Assembly: GCF_009834535.1 (NCBI RefSeq)
Contig: NC_045696.1
Location: forward strand, 96,102,001-96,166,000
Origin: Camelus ferus
Taxonomy: Eukaryota
Reading direction: 5' to 3'
Length of the DNA: 64,000 nucleotides
Numbering within the stretch: the first letter of the stretch is position 1; the number at the start of each line of letters is the position of its first letter. Below are positions 52,667-64,000 of the stretch, in pieces. A program made the position numbers and the translations under genes. The notes under the pieces were generated by a model. The model ran no database searches. It was not told where the DNA came from and was given only the letters and a program-made list of their open reading frames with translations.

Positions 52667-55600
52667 GTAAATGAAGTTGTATTTTTTTTTTAATTTCTTA
52701 AAAGCCATGGTTGATAGGACATAGCACTGGTTAAGGCTGTAATTATACCTCTGTGTAAATCTGAGGGCTGAATAAAAAGCAGGAATGAGAATGCTAAGTG
52801 AATGAAATCCACAAGTCCTCTTCAGGAGGTGCCACTTTCCCAAACGGGGGCCACCTGCCCTTCCTGGGACTTCACTGTTTCCAGCACAGGCAGGCTGATA
52901 ACGTAAACCGTGTACTGTGCCTTCAAACGTGGAAATGATGCTTTGGAAATCACTTCTGTTAGGTGACTTTTTAAATCACATTTGCTTTATTCGTTGAGTC
53001 AAATCCAAAGTCCCTTATAATTATTTCCCAAGACCCCAAATTTAAATTTGTTCCATAATCTTTCATTCACATTTTTTAAAAAAAGAGATCAAAAGAAAAA
53101 AAGATGATTTTTCTCTCCCAATTGTCTCATTTTGATAAAAGAATTTCAATCTTTTCATTGTACCACAAAGAACAGGGCAATCCTCATTCTGATTCCTCAA
53201 GAGATCGTGTTAAAACATGTCAGGAAAGGCACTGGGCAAACTGCCCAGCTCCTGACGAGCAGCTTAGAACAGCTCAGTCCGCTTCACATTCAGACCGGTG
53301 GGGAGGTGCTCCCTTCACTGAGGGACTCTGGAAGCAAGCATGCGGACATGAACCCTCCTAAGTTATAATTGGGATTTTAAAGGACAGGCGAGCCTAAGGC
53401 GGGGTGACTTTTCGATTTATTGGGTTAAGGTTTATCTGCTACAGAATTTTACATCATATATTCAAAGTGGATCTGCTTTCATGTTAGGTGTGTCAACACT
53501 TTTAACAACAGCTTTCTTTTGTAATTCTAATTCGAGACTCCAATTTCCTAGCAAAATGAACAAGAAAAACTTTGGTTCTATGTTACCAAATATATATGGG
53601 GCAGAGGAGAGCAAGATATTATTACTTATTTTATAGTATTTGTATTATTATTTCTGCCAGTTCAAGGTTAACAGTGTTTCCCTCCTTGGAGCTAGGGACC
53701 AAGGACACGTGCTCTCTTAGCCCTTCAGCAAATCCTAAGACTGTTCCCAACACCTATTTGAAAAGTGTCCCAGGTACATGTGGGCTAAGGAGAAGGGGCT
53801 CGAGGAGCAGTTAGATTGCTGAAAACCATACTTAAGGATGTAGCCTGGAACGTAATTAGTCAGAAAATCATAACTATTTCATGAAGAGACTGAGGCAAAA
53901 ATTTCCGGGCTCGAGACAGTATGTTGAGAGGGCCTATTAACCCAGGGATACAGACAGGTGAGAGATGGAAAATGAATTAGAATGGATGTTTTCATTTAGT
54001 TAGTGGTGTCTGTGCCCTCTTCAAAGTCTGCCTGCTTCCCTTCCTTCCTATCTTAGGGCTTCACTTCCTTTAAGAACAAAAAATATTTCACCCTTAGCCT
54101 TGCACTCTGAGAAAATGCCACAGAAATTTAAGACAGCAGAGACCTGAATGGCGATTTGTCCTTTGCATACCTCTAAACTGAAAAAAACTAGGCAAACCCA
54201 TGAAATGCCCCCAGAGACCAGTAAAAGGAGTGGTGGTGAGGGCAGGACAGAAGGGAGGTGAAACCCAGGTAAAAGTCACCCGGGAGCACCCCCGTCTCCA
54301 GGGCACTGCTGTGTGCACAGGCACGGGACAGGAGTTTGACTTAGAGCAGAAAGACCAGGAATCACAGCAGAAGGGCTGGGGCTTGGGTGCTGATGATCTC
54401 AAAGCCACCAGTGTGACTCAGGCAAGCCTCTTACTTCCACAGGAGCTGAGGGCCCTCCCTCACAGTAAAACGAGGGGATTAGACTGAATGATCGTTAGAG
54501 GCCCCCTGCACGGCCAGATTTCCATGATCCAGGTGATGTGCTGAGGCACTAGGGCTGGTTATTAAGAACCCAAGGCTTGGACCAAACCAAGGATGCTGGA
54601 GGGGACACTGTGTAGAGCCAATGATGAGGCGGAAGACTGGTCCTCCCCTTTTCTGTCCCAGCCAGCTACCTGATGTTAATCAAATCTCAACCTCTTTTGG
54701 CCCCAGATTCTTCCTCCGCAAGACAGAGATAAATACAGTTTGCTCTTGCTTCCTCGGGTGGAAGTTTTTCATTAATACAAATGCAAGGGCCAAGAGCAGT
54801 TCTTACAGCTGTGACCATCTCAGGCAGAGAGGACAGAGCAGAGGCAACCACGATCCTGTGGTTAAGAGCTAGATGAAATGAACCCCACGGAAAACAGCAA
54901 GGTGAACAAGAAACGAGATGCAAATCCTCTGCTTCAGGCCAATGGTTTAAGCCAAGCTCCTATCTGACCTGTTGCCAAAAAGTTTCCAAACTTTCTACCT
55001 CCTTATATGGTAAATATGGGCAGAATAGAGCATTTATTCTTCATCTTGTACCTGATTGGCACATTTTATCTTCCAATGACATTCCTACTTACCAGACACG
55101 AACAAACCTACACTAGAATGCATCTGAAGAAGAGCACTGATTAAGTTTCACTCGGTGTAAGGTATCACATTAAGTGACACATATCAGTGATTCTTTAATT
55201 TCTCTTATAAGGCAAATTTAATAATAATAATTTCCAGCATTCTGGAAGAAGACAGTAACTCCTTAAATGACTTTTTCTACTGTACTCATATGACACAAAG
55301 TGTCCTTCTAAACCTTAATACTAAAACAGCAATGATTAACATGCATTGATAGCTTAATATATGTCCAAGACTACTGCATATTTTAACGTATATTACTTCT
55401 TTAAAAAAACCTCACCCAACTTTGAGATGTATGCTGAGGTCACCCCATTTTACATCTGAACAAACTGAGGCTTAAGTGTTCTACAAGAAAGCAGCAGAGC
55501 TCTGACCTTGAACAAAGTCTGCCTGCAGTCAACCATGCTCTACTTTTTAAAGTTCTGAGTAAACTCAGTATTTGCTATTTTTTTTTTTTGTCAGTAATTT

Positions 55601-56919
55601 AGGTAAATTATACAGATTTCTGATTTCTTTGCTGTACTACTTGACTGCAGTAGATAAATGGCCATCTTGGGCACATCATGCCCTGTAACCAAGGTGGAGC
55701 TACTTTACTTCCTAGTCTTCCCAAAGGAGACATCAGATTATAATGAAGCAGTGAACCTCCAGTTTGTGTGGAAGCAGCAGCACAGAGTAGTTAGAGCACA
55801 GGACTTTGAGTGACCCGTGATCAAATCTGAAGCTGAAGGTCCTGCCCCTCACCAGGCGCATTAACCTGGGTGAGCTCTAGCAGTGGAAGAACAGACAGCA
55901 CAGGTCTGCTGAAGGAGCCTCTCCAAGCCTCAGTTTTTTCATTTGAAAAAATGGGCACACTATTCTTACTACCACTCAGGAAGAATCTATACAGTGAGTT
56001 CTTCCTAGATGCCAAGCTGCAATAAAAGGTCTATAAGGATCGAGGGGCATCATACTGTGGTAATACTTCATTCAGTTGTCAAATCAATCCTGTGATGAAT
56101 GTTTTAGAGAAGAGGAAAGTAGGGCACAGAGGGGCTAGATAACCTGCCCAAGTAAGTGGCAGATCTGCAACTTGAATCCAGTGTCTTTTTCATAAATTAA
56201 AATTTATCTAAATAATTTAGAACAGTCCTAGGTACAAAATAATATCAGCCAGCATTTGCTGAAACCATACTCTTATTAATGTTGTTTTTGTTGTTGTGCC
56301 TAGCAAGATAGAAACACAGACTTCCCAGCTGCCAGAGGAGGGTTTGTCTATAGCCTGAACATGCTCTTGGGTTAGAGATTACCAACTTTCAGCCATCACA
56401 GTGACAGATTCTCCAGAGGACAGAGTGGAGTCAAACTCTGCTTTACAAGTCTGTGAGTCTAAAGGGTACCCTTTGCTAAAATTATCAAGATTCTGGTTGC
56501 TTCCAAAGTGGAAGCCACTATAACAGAGGGCAGCAGAAACAAACTAATCGAAGGTCCCTGAGCTAAAGGAGCTTATGATCTAGTTGAATAAAGAAAAATA
56601 ATAACAGAAAAATACTTGGGTTGTTAGCACTCAGCTGTACGGCTCTCGGGCTGAGAGCAGACAGAAGAGATCCGAGAAAATACTACGTGGACTCGAGACT
56701 GCAGGCACTTTCGGACCTGCCACGCTCCTTTTGGGGTGGATGACCTACCTGTCCAAACTCGTCCCTCCTCGTCACTGCCAGACTCAAAGGTTAGAAATGT
56801 AACTGAAAACAAATCATCAGTGGGCTTCTCAAAGCAACTCAGATTAAGTCGACCAAAAGGCAAGCCGGAAAAACTGCAAAATTAATTGTTTACTGGCTGT
56901 ATTTATAGAGACAGTCCTG

Positions 56920-57042
56920 TGGGAGGGTATAGCTCAGTGGCAGAGTGTGCGCTTAGCATGCACAAGGACCTGGGTTCAATCTCCAGCACCTCCATTAAAA
57001 ATGAATTAAAGAAATCTAATACCTACCCTCCTCCCCAAAAAT
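56920..57042 (+). mobile_element. tRNA-derived camelid-type SINE (vic-1-like)
   Basis: gggagggtatagctcagtggcagagtgtgcgcttagcatgcacaaggacctgggttcaatctccagcacctcc... with A and B boxes. Confidence 0.88.
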
Positions 57043-60000
57043 TAAGAGTCCTTCTCATGGTGACTAGGTACAGTGTGGATACTGAGGGCAGTCCTTAAAT
57101 AATCACAGCCTCAATTATTTTTTGGTTGTTTCAACCAAGCATTTTAAAGTCCTGGGAAATGAAAACTTTAAACAAGATAAAAAGATGAAAATTGTCTACG
57201 CAGTACCCATATAATATGTAGCAAGATGAATGAATAAAAGAACAGTGGATGCCTTCAAAAAGGTAACTACTGTACCAATATTTGAGCTATCATGATCACC
57301 GTTCAACAAATATTATGGTTTTTATTTATTCATTTATTCAACACTAATATTCTCTTTCCCTTGAAACACTGATTCTAATTTCGTGTTGTAAACAAAACAC
57401 AGATGTATAATTTGTGATGTGGAAAAAAGCAACCGCACAGCGCCTGCAGCCAATAGTGCAACACCTCAAGTGTTCTCTCTATTTTTCATCCTAAGACCCA
57501 GAAATACTGAATATCTGATACATACTCAATCCCTAACAAAGTCATGCTGGGACTCCACATGGATACTATTTAGAATCAGTTTACAGTTTATATGAAATTG
57601 CAGGTCAGACAGACACTAAATAACTGACCAGTGCAGACAGGAATTTGAGAGCTCAAAGCTGAAGGCACACGATGTATGAATGTCAGGGAGCCTAACACTT
57701 GTTCCGAGGGCCGCCTCGTTCCTTCTCAGTCCTGGAAGACACTCCCAGCAACACAGCTGTCTTGGAACCAGGGTGGCCAAGCCCAACACCTCTGCCCTTA
57801 CCGTCTCCCACCCTGGCCCCGGTGGGAGATGGTGTGTTTCCCCATGTGTCTCCCTCTTCTCTTCTGTGAATTATAACCCAGTTAACTGCACGCTAGGCAA
57901 GCACTCTCTCCAATGTACTCACGTGGCTATTTATTTAGATCCTGGCTAAGTCACCCAAAAGGTTTGAGGTAGTTTACAGAGATGCTTAATATGAATTAAG
58001 TTCAAACGAATGTTAACTAAGGAAAATGGAGCCTAGGAAAAGCAATGGTGGGAAATTAAAAGCCACGTGAGGGGTTACTTCACCAAACACATTAATTCCT
58101 ATCTCAACTCCAACAGGAAAACAAGAAGGCATACCGATGCAGTTCTGGTAAATTAGTAGCAGGCCTAAAGGAACACCATCCTCAATATGGAGACTAAAAA
58201 GAACGTTCTCTCAGAGTCCTCACAGAGGAAAACAAAGTTATGTTGAATACCCGAAGAGCAGACACAATGAAAAGGGCTGAATGCCTGGAGGTTATCAACT
58301 CAAAGCTCAGTCCAGGCAAGGCTGCTGTAAGCAGGCAGGTGGGAGAACACATTTTCATCACACTGCTGTCTTCCTAACCACTCTAGCACAGCCTCTCTGC
58401 CCCCTTCTTTCCAGTATACCTGATACTAATTAGCAAAATTTCCCAAGCGCTAGACATATTAAGCTGAAGCATAAAAAAGTGCCATTTCGGCCTATAAAAA
58501 CATTTCCATACAGTTCCACCTAATGCATCAGCATCAAGAAAAAAGAAACCTTAGAGCTTTTGAAAAAGTATTTATCCCAAATTAAATAAAACGCCATTCA
58601 GTTCTAAAATCCTAGAAATGGTCTCAAAGCTTGTCTTATAAGCTCATCACTTTCAGATGAAAAAGAAAGTATCATGTTAGGGGAAATTAGTAAAAATGAG
58701 GGGCAGGTGTACAGCTGGCCTGAGGTAACAAGGCTCTAAGTTCCACAAGATGCTGGCAGAAACCCCATGGAGAGACCTGCGGCAGACCCCGCAGGAAATC
58801 AGATGTCACTAACTGTAACCCAGGGACAAGTTTATTTGGTCTGTGTTAACAAAATTAAGCCAAAATTTAAATTCCATGCAATTTTATATAAAAATCTATT
58901 TTTCTTGTAAATCCGATAGTCTGGTGGCAGGTGACCCACACACCTGTGTGGCAACCACCCGGAGCCTGGCAGTGGGGCAATACTCCTCAGGTCACCACGG
59001 CCCCCAGCCCTCCTGATGGTCTCCTCTGACACCTGAAGCTGCTGCTGCATTTTACTGGCAGGCTGGTTCTGCTGATTACTTCCTCTTCTACCCAGCTCAC
59101 TCTCCTCACTAACAATAGATACGGTGCTATGTTAGAATTTGCAGTCCACTGCTTCAGTCCCCTCACTTCCCGGTGAGCTGTTCACAGACCCCAGAGAACC
59201 AGGGTTTGATCAGCTTTCCCCCAGTCCCTACTCTCTCAGCCCTTCTAGGTTGTACTGTTTCCCTTCATTTGTAAAGAAATAAGATAATGAATGCTAGTGA
59301 AGTTGACAGCAGGACTTACTTTAAAATAAAATGTTAATAAAATTCACACACACACACATATTATATAAAATGAACTACAAGTGATGCTGGATCCTCCCAC
59401 CACATATGTGTGCAGGGGTAGGAGGTAGTATTTCTTGTTTTTATGAGAGGAGAAAATAAGACATGGTGAGGGTTTGATGCCAAAAAAAAAAAATTTGTTA
59501 AATATCCATTAGTATTCAAGGCTTCACTAGAGAATCTTTATCATTGAAGGCAGAGGATGAAACTGAGGGAAGACTTAGAATAAGGTACCGGTCTTATTTC
59601 ATTAATTAAAACAGCATTACAGTTTGGTTAAACTGTGACTCAAAAAATTAGGGTAGCTAGCCTGACACCCATTCTAGTGGGAGAGGCCTTGAGGATACCT
59701 ACCCCCTCATCTACAGTCCAGAAAGCCATGGTGATGACCTTATTAGAATGGTGGCTGTGACAAGCAACACCATGAAGAATAATTATGACCCTACGTACAA
59801 TCAATGCTTAAGCCATGGAAGGACCCTCCTCAAACAAAGAACATCTCCGTAAGTCTGTGAAGAGCATCCTTCCTTTCTTAATAGGCTGGTAAATGGTAAT
59901 CAAACAACTAAAGACTTCACTTAGGGTCTTGGATCCTAACAATTTTTTTAAGGGACCAGAGGCACTTAAATGCATTTGGCTTAGAACATACTCATCCAAA

Positions 60001-62044
60001 ACCACTACCTTGGCTATTGGGATTGCAGCCTGTAACCAATTTGACCAGCCAACTCTGTATCAATAATCCAGAGTTTAGCTATGTATAAATTACACTTTGC
60101 CTAAACAGAACATAAAAATACACATTTCAGTTCAGGAAAAGATAAAATTTGACTATATGAGTAATAAGACTTCTACTATTAAGCAGAAAAAAGCTAATAT
60201 TTGCCATGAATTATACCTTTATATTACCGCAGCACTTAGAATAGAAAATGGACCTGCATACAATCTCTCTCCAGATTCTCACAGCACCTTTGGGAGACAG
60301 GCCAGATGTTTATTACTTTCCTCATTTCACAGATGGGCAGCTCAAGCTCTGAGAGGTAAAATGCTTTGCCCAGGGTCACAGAGTCAAAGACTGAGTCAGA
60401 AACATAGCACCTGCCAAGTGCACTGAGGTCCAGGACACCGTGCTGGCTACTCCTGTGGTGTCACTGAGATGGTCAAGTAGTTCAGCAGAGAGACAGCCTG
60501 CACTGGGGTCACAAACTCTGGACCTCATGTCAGGGCTTTGCCTCTTACTGTATGTGTGATGTGGGACAAGTAGTTGAACCCGGCTGAGGTTCCTCAACTG
60601 GACAATAACCTGGTTTGGGGTAAGGTTTGTAACCTTAAAACAACAAAAAGGAAGCTTTAGACACAAACCTTGCCTTCAGGGAGTTTACGACCCAGTTCAC
60701 ACCACCCTCTGTCCTTCCCTCAGTCAGTCAATCAATCAATCAATGAGTGAATGAGTAATAAGTAACTAAGTAAGTAGCCAACCAGAGGTCATCTGGGGGA
60801 AAAAAAGTTAAATCTAAACGTGAACCAAAATATGTCTAATGCAGGCTACAGATGCCCAGAACAACTTTGCAAAGAGAAGTTTAGGACAGTACCTGACAAA
60901 CCAGAATGAAGGCTGGGTGCTTTGCATTCCAACACCTTTGGGTTACTGACTCCAAGCCTGCATTAATGATGTGCCTTGTGAATACAGTGACCTAATTCTA
61001 TTACAAAAAAAAGTAAATTATACCCAGTGAGGTAACCTGTTTCTTTCCCAAGGCCTTCAGCAGAACTGCATCTTAGCAGTATTAGAACACGAACTCTCAC
61101 TCACACTCTCTCTCTGGTTTAAACTGGGAAAGATTCTTAGGTTACAAGTGATTCCAAAATATAAGAGTGGCTGTACCTTTCACCAGAAGCTTTGCCTTAC
61201 ATGGCTTTTGTGAACATTGCACCTTGACACTGAAGTTTAGGGACTACAGCAGTCTTCCCATGTGATCTACCAGTTTAGAATGGATTTTCTATTAGAAAGT
61301 GACCCAAAAAATCCCCTCAGATCTGAAATTCACAATTCCAGATGCGAGCTTCTAAAGAACTAACTGGAATGTGGAGAACAAATAAAAGAAGTAATTACAC
61401 TACAACTCTGTCATTTCAGAACCACCGCCACCACCACCAAATAATCAGTCCAAACCATCGTGAGCAGCTGCAGCTAGGGAGTAAGCACTTAACTGGCATT
61501 TATCTTTCAAACCTTGACCAGAAGGGCAATAATGAGACCCTGGGAAGCCAGGGAGAATAAAGGCACTGCCACAGCCTGGCGGGCACCCCTGCCGGCTCTT
61601 CCTGCTGGGAGGGAGTTTCCCCAGCTTGGCAGCGGCCGCTCCCCGCCCATGCTGAGATCTAGCCCAGTGAATTTTAAGAGCAAGGCTGTGTGCCCAAGGT
61701 AGCAGTTCCGGAGCCCGGGATGCTGAGGCTTCCCAGTCTTCCCAGGCAAATAGCAGGAGGTTTGCAGCCAACACACCTGGGTTCAAGCCTCTGCCCCAGC
61801 ATTAATAAACCTTTCCTTCCTTGAGACCCAGAATCTCAGTTTTCTCAACCATAAAAGCAGTTTAACAATACAACCAGTAGGGTTTTTCACTTAAAAGGCT
61901 GTAACAGAGGGACTGGGCATAGAGAAAAAGCTCAACTGTGACCATTAATTATTCCTCGAGTGTGCACTAAACAGCAGATCTCCTGCCGCTATTTTTTCTG
62001 GGTTGCTAAGAGGCACCAGGAAAATCATTTGTTAAGAATGCTAA

Positions 62045-62070
62045 GTGCTCGCTTCGGCAGCACATATACT
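62045..62070 (+). pseudogene. 3'-truncated U6 snRNA retro-fragment (first 26 nt of U6)
   Basis: GTGCTCGCTTCGGCAGCACATATACT matches the U6 5' end exactly. Flanked by direct repeat AAGAATGCTAAGTG (62034-62047 and 62075-62088). Confidence 0.9.
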
Positions 62071-64000
62071 TAAGAAGAATGCTAAGTGTTGGTCAGTAAA
62101 GCAAAAACAGGTAGAGAGGGGGCGGAGGAAGAAAGCTATGTGTATAGTCAATGTAGAACATCTGATGAGCCATATGGGTCAAATGTCGCCACCAAAGATT
62201 AAATGATAAATGAATCAAGAGTTGCAAAATCAAGCGCCTATAGGATCAGACAAGCATCTCCCCAGCGCGGGGGCCAGAGGATATCAGCAGAGGATGCTGT
62301 GAGCTGGTGACCCGGGGAGCACATCCCCTAAAGGCAAGAGGCAGCTGTCACTACCAGGCCATTCACACTCAGTGAGGGCAAATCTCCTTTTTTAAGATGG
62401 GATCCAAACCTGGATTCTTACGTGAAATTTCCTGATGTTTTCCACATTGCTCAGGCCAAACAAGACCATGTCTCCAGTGTGGAAGATAGCCGTTCCCTTA
62501 TGAGCTTGACAAGGAAAACAAACCCCACCTCTGCCCTCCTCCTCCTCCCACTCCCGGCCCTTCAAAATCACCCCCAGGACTGTGCTGCATTAATTGTATT
62601 CCAGGGCAGGATAATGGAAAGAACTGCAGACTCAGTTTCGATCAGATCTGGTAGGAACCCTGACCTTACCTATTACTAGCTGTGTGAGTCAGGGCAGGTT
62701 AATCAACATGTCTGAACCTTGGATCTTTCCACCTGGGGAGGAAAACGGGAATAAAACACGCTTAGGACGAGGGCTGCCTGAGAAGTCAAGCACAGAGTTC
62801 CAGGCTTAAGATACAGCAACTGAGGACATGTTCATCCTTTTCTATCATGACATTTCATTCATTTTAAAAGCCAGCTTACAACCAATCACATCACAACATA
62901 GTTAATAAAATAGTCAAAGGATGACATCAATGGATGGCTGGAAAAAAACCCAGAAAATCTCTAGGCATCGATACCACTGAACCTCAGGAATGGCTGTGAA
63001 ACCTGGAGCTGCCACAGACATCACATTCTCGAGAGCTTTCGTCAGCTCTCAGCTGAGGGAGCAGTAGGTGGCAGGACAGGTCTCCCGCCCATCAGCGAGG
63101 TCCTGGACCTGAGCCCATTACTGTGGCTGAAGCAATCCTTGTTGCAACACCCTTGCAGGCGCTGGGACGTGCAGAGGGTGCACACTGCTCTGCAGTGAAC
63201 TGCACAGGGGGCCCGGAAGCTTCGGCGCCACTGGTGAAGAAAGACAGCAGGCAGATAATGCTCAGAGGCACCTTAAAGGAAGCTCTTGAAGCAAAAAGAT
63301 CAGTCAAATGACTCCTCCCAGGGCGGCTAAAACCACAAACCGCATGAGAGTCTCGGAATAAACAAAGTGGCAAGAACTCGGTCTCACCGTGTGTACAAAC
63401 CTGTCACTCACTAAATACACTCTATTGTGCACCTGCAATATGCAGCGGGGCTTACGAGGCTTAGCCCGTCCCCTGTGCAACTGTGCCAGATGCTTCATAA
63501 ACACTCACTCCAACCTCGAAGTTAGCCCATAATGGATGCTCCATCACACCCACTGCTATACATGAGAAGGAGCCTCAGAAAGCTGGCAGGCAGCAGAGCA
63601 GGGATGGGAACCCAGCACTCCCCCACACGCCCCCCACACTAGGGGAAGTGGCAAGGTTTCTGTTTTTTGTGGTTTTTGTTTTTTGGATTTTTTTTTGCCA
63701 AGCTAGGAAAATATTTTAAAATGTAAGCCATTAAATGAGAAACTTAGCAAAATCTTCCACCAGTCCTATATCTCTCTCTACCTCCCACCTGCTCTCTCTT
63801 TTTCCCACTGCAGGCATGTTTTTTTTGAAAGAGTTGGCTGAAGTCGCTCCCTTACGTCCTCACCTCACAAGCATTACTCAACCCTCAGTCATCAGCCCTC
63901 TGCTTCTACCCCTACCTACCCCCCACACCCCTCCACCTCCAGGAGGACACAGGCAGCCTGGGCAAAGACCAACAATGACCTCTTTGTTACTAAGTCCCAT

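Noticed and set aside
56920..56992. Possible tRNA gene
   Set aside because: It is the tRNA-like head of a SINE with several diverged copies in the window and SINE-specific A-rich tails, not a clean cloverleaf.
62045..62070. Functional U6 snRNA gene
   Set aside because: Only the first 26 nt are present, there is no ACAGAGA box, and it is flanked by a TSD.
56340..62833. p53/p63 half-sites in the presumed GPR87 intron (GAACATGCTC at 56357, GGACATGTTC at 62824)
   Set aside because: Only isolated half-sites with poor partners; such decamers occur by chance at this frequency.
63061..63074. CTCF-like motif GCAGTAGGTGGCAG
   Set aside because: A single motif match in 64 kb cannot be told from chance without ChIP or conservation data.

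Overview
Mammalian genomic DNA, most likely camelid: five copies of a tRNA-derived SINE resemble the camelid vic-1 family. The window covers part of the MED12L / P2Y12-like GPCR cluster. On the minus strand, 11 consecutive MED12L coding exons (22403 down to 1339) have canonical GT-AG junctions and splice into one uninterrupted 1614-nt (538-codon) frame. No further MED12L exon was seen from 22404 to the window end, consistent with one very large intron. Nested in that intron on the plus strand are an intact P2RY12 (5'UTR exon 29973-30140, CDS 31887-32906, 339 aa), P2RY13 (39926-40928) and the probable non-coding first exon of GPR87 (ends 52666). The main anomaly is a single-base insertion in P2RY13 at 40567/40568 that truncates the receptor after TM5; it is either a recent loss-of-function allele or an assembly error. 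Other oddities: a MED12L exon that starts like a donor and ends with a near-copy of the next acceptor, a NAGNAG acceptor, two tail-less retro-insertions with clean TSDs (an internal L1 ORF2 piece and a 26-nt U6 5' fragment), and a diverged duplication of a poly(A)-signal region after P2RY12. I found no convincing evidence of a new multi-gene system. Comparisons with human sequences are from memory, not from alignments.
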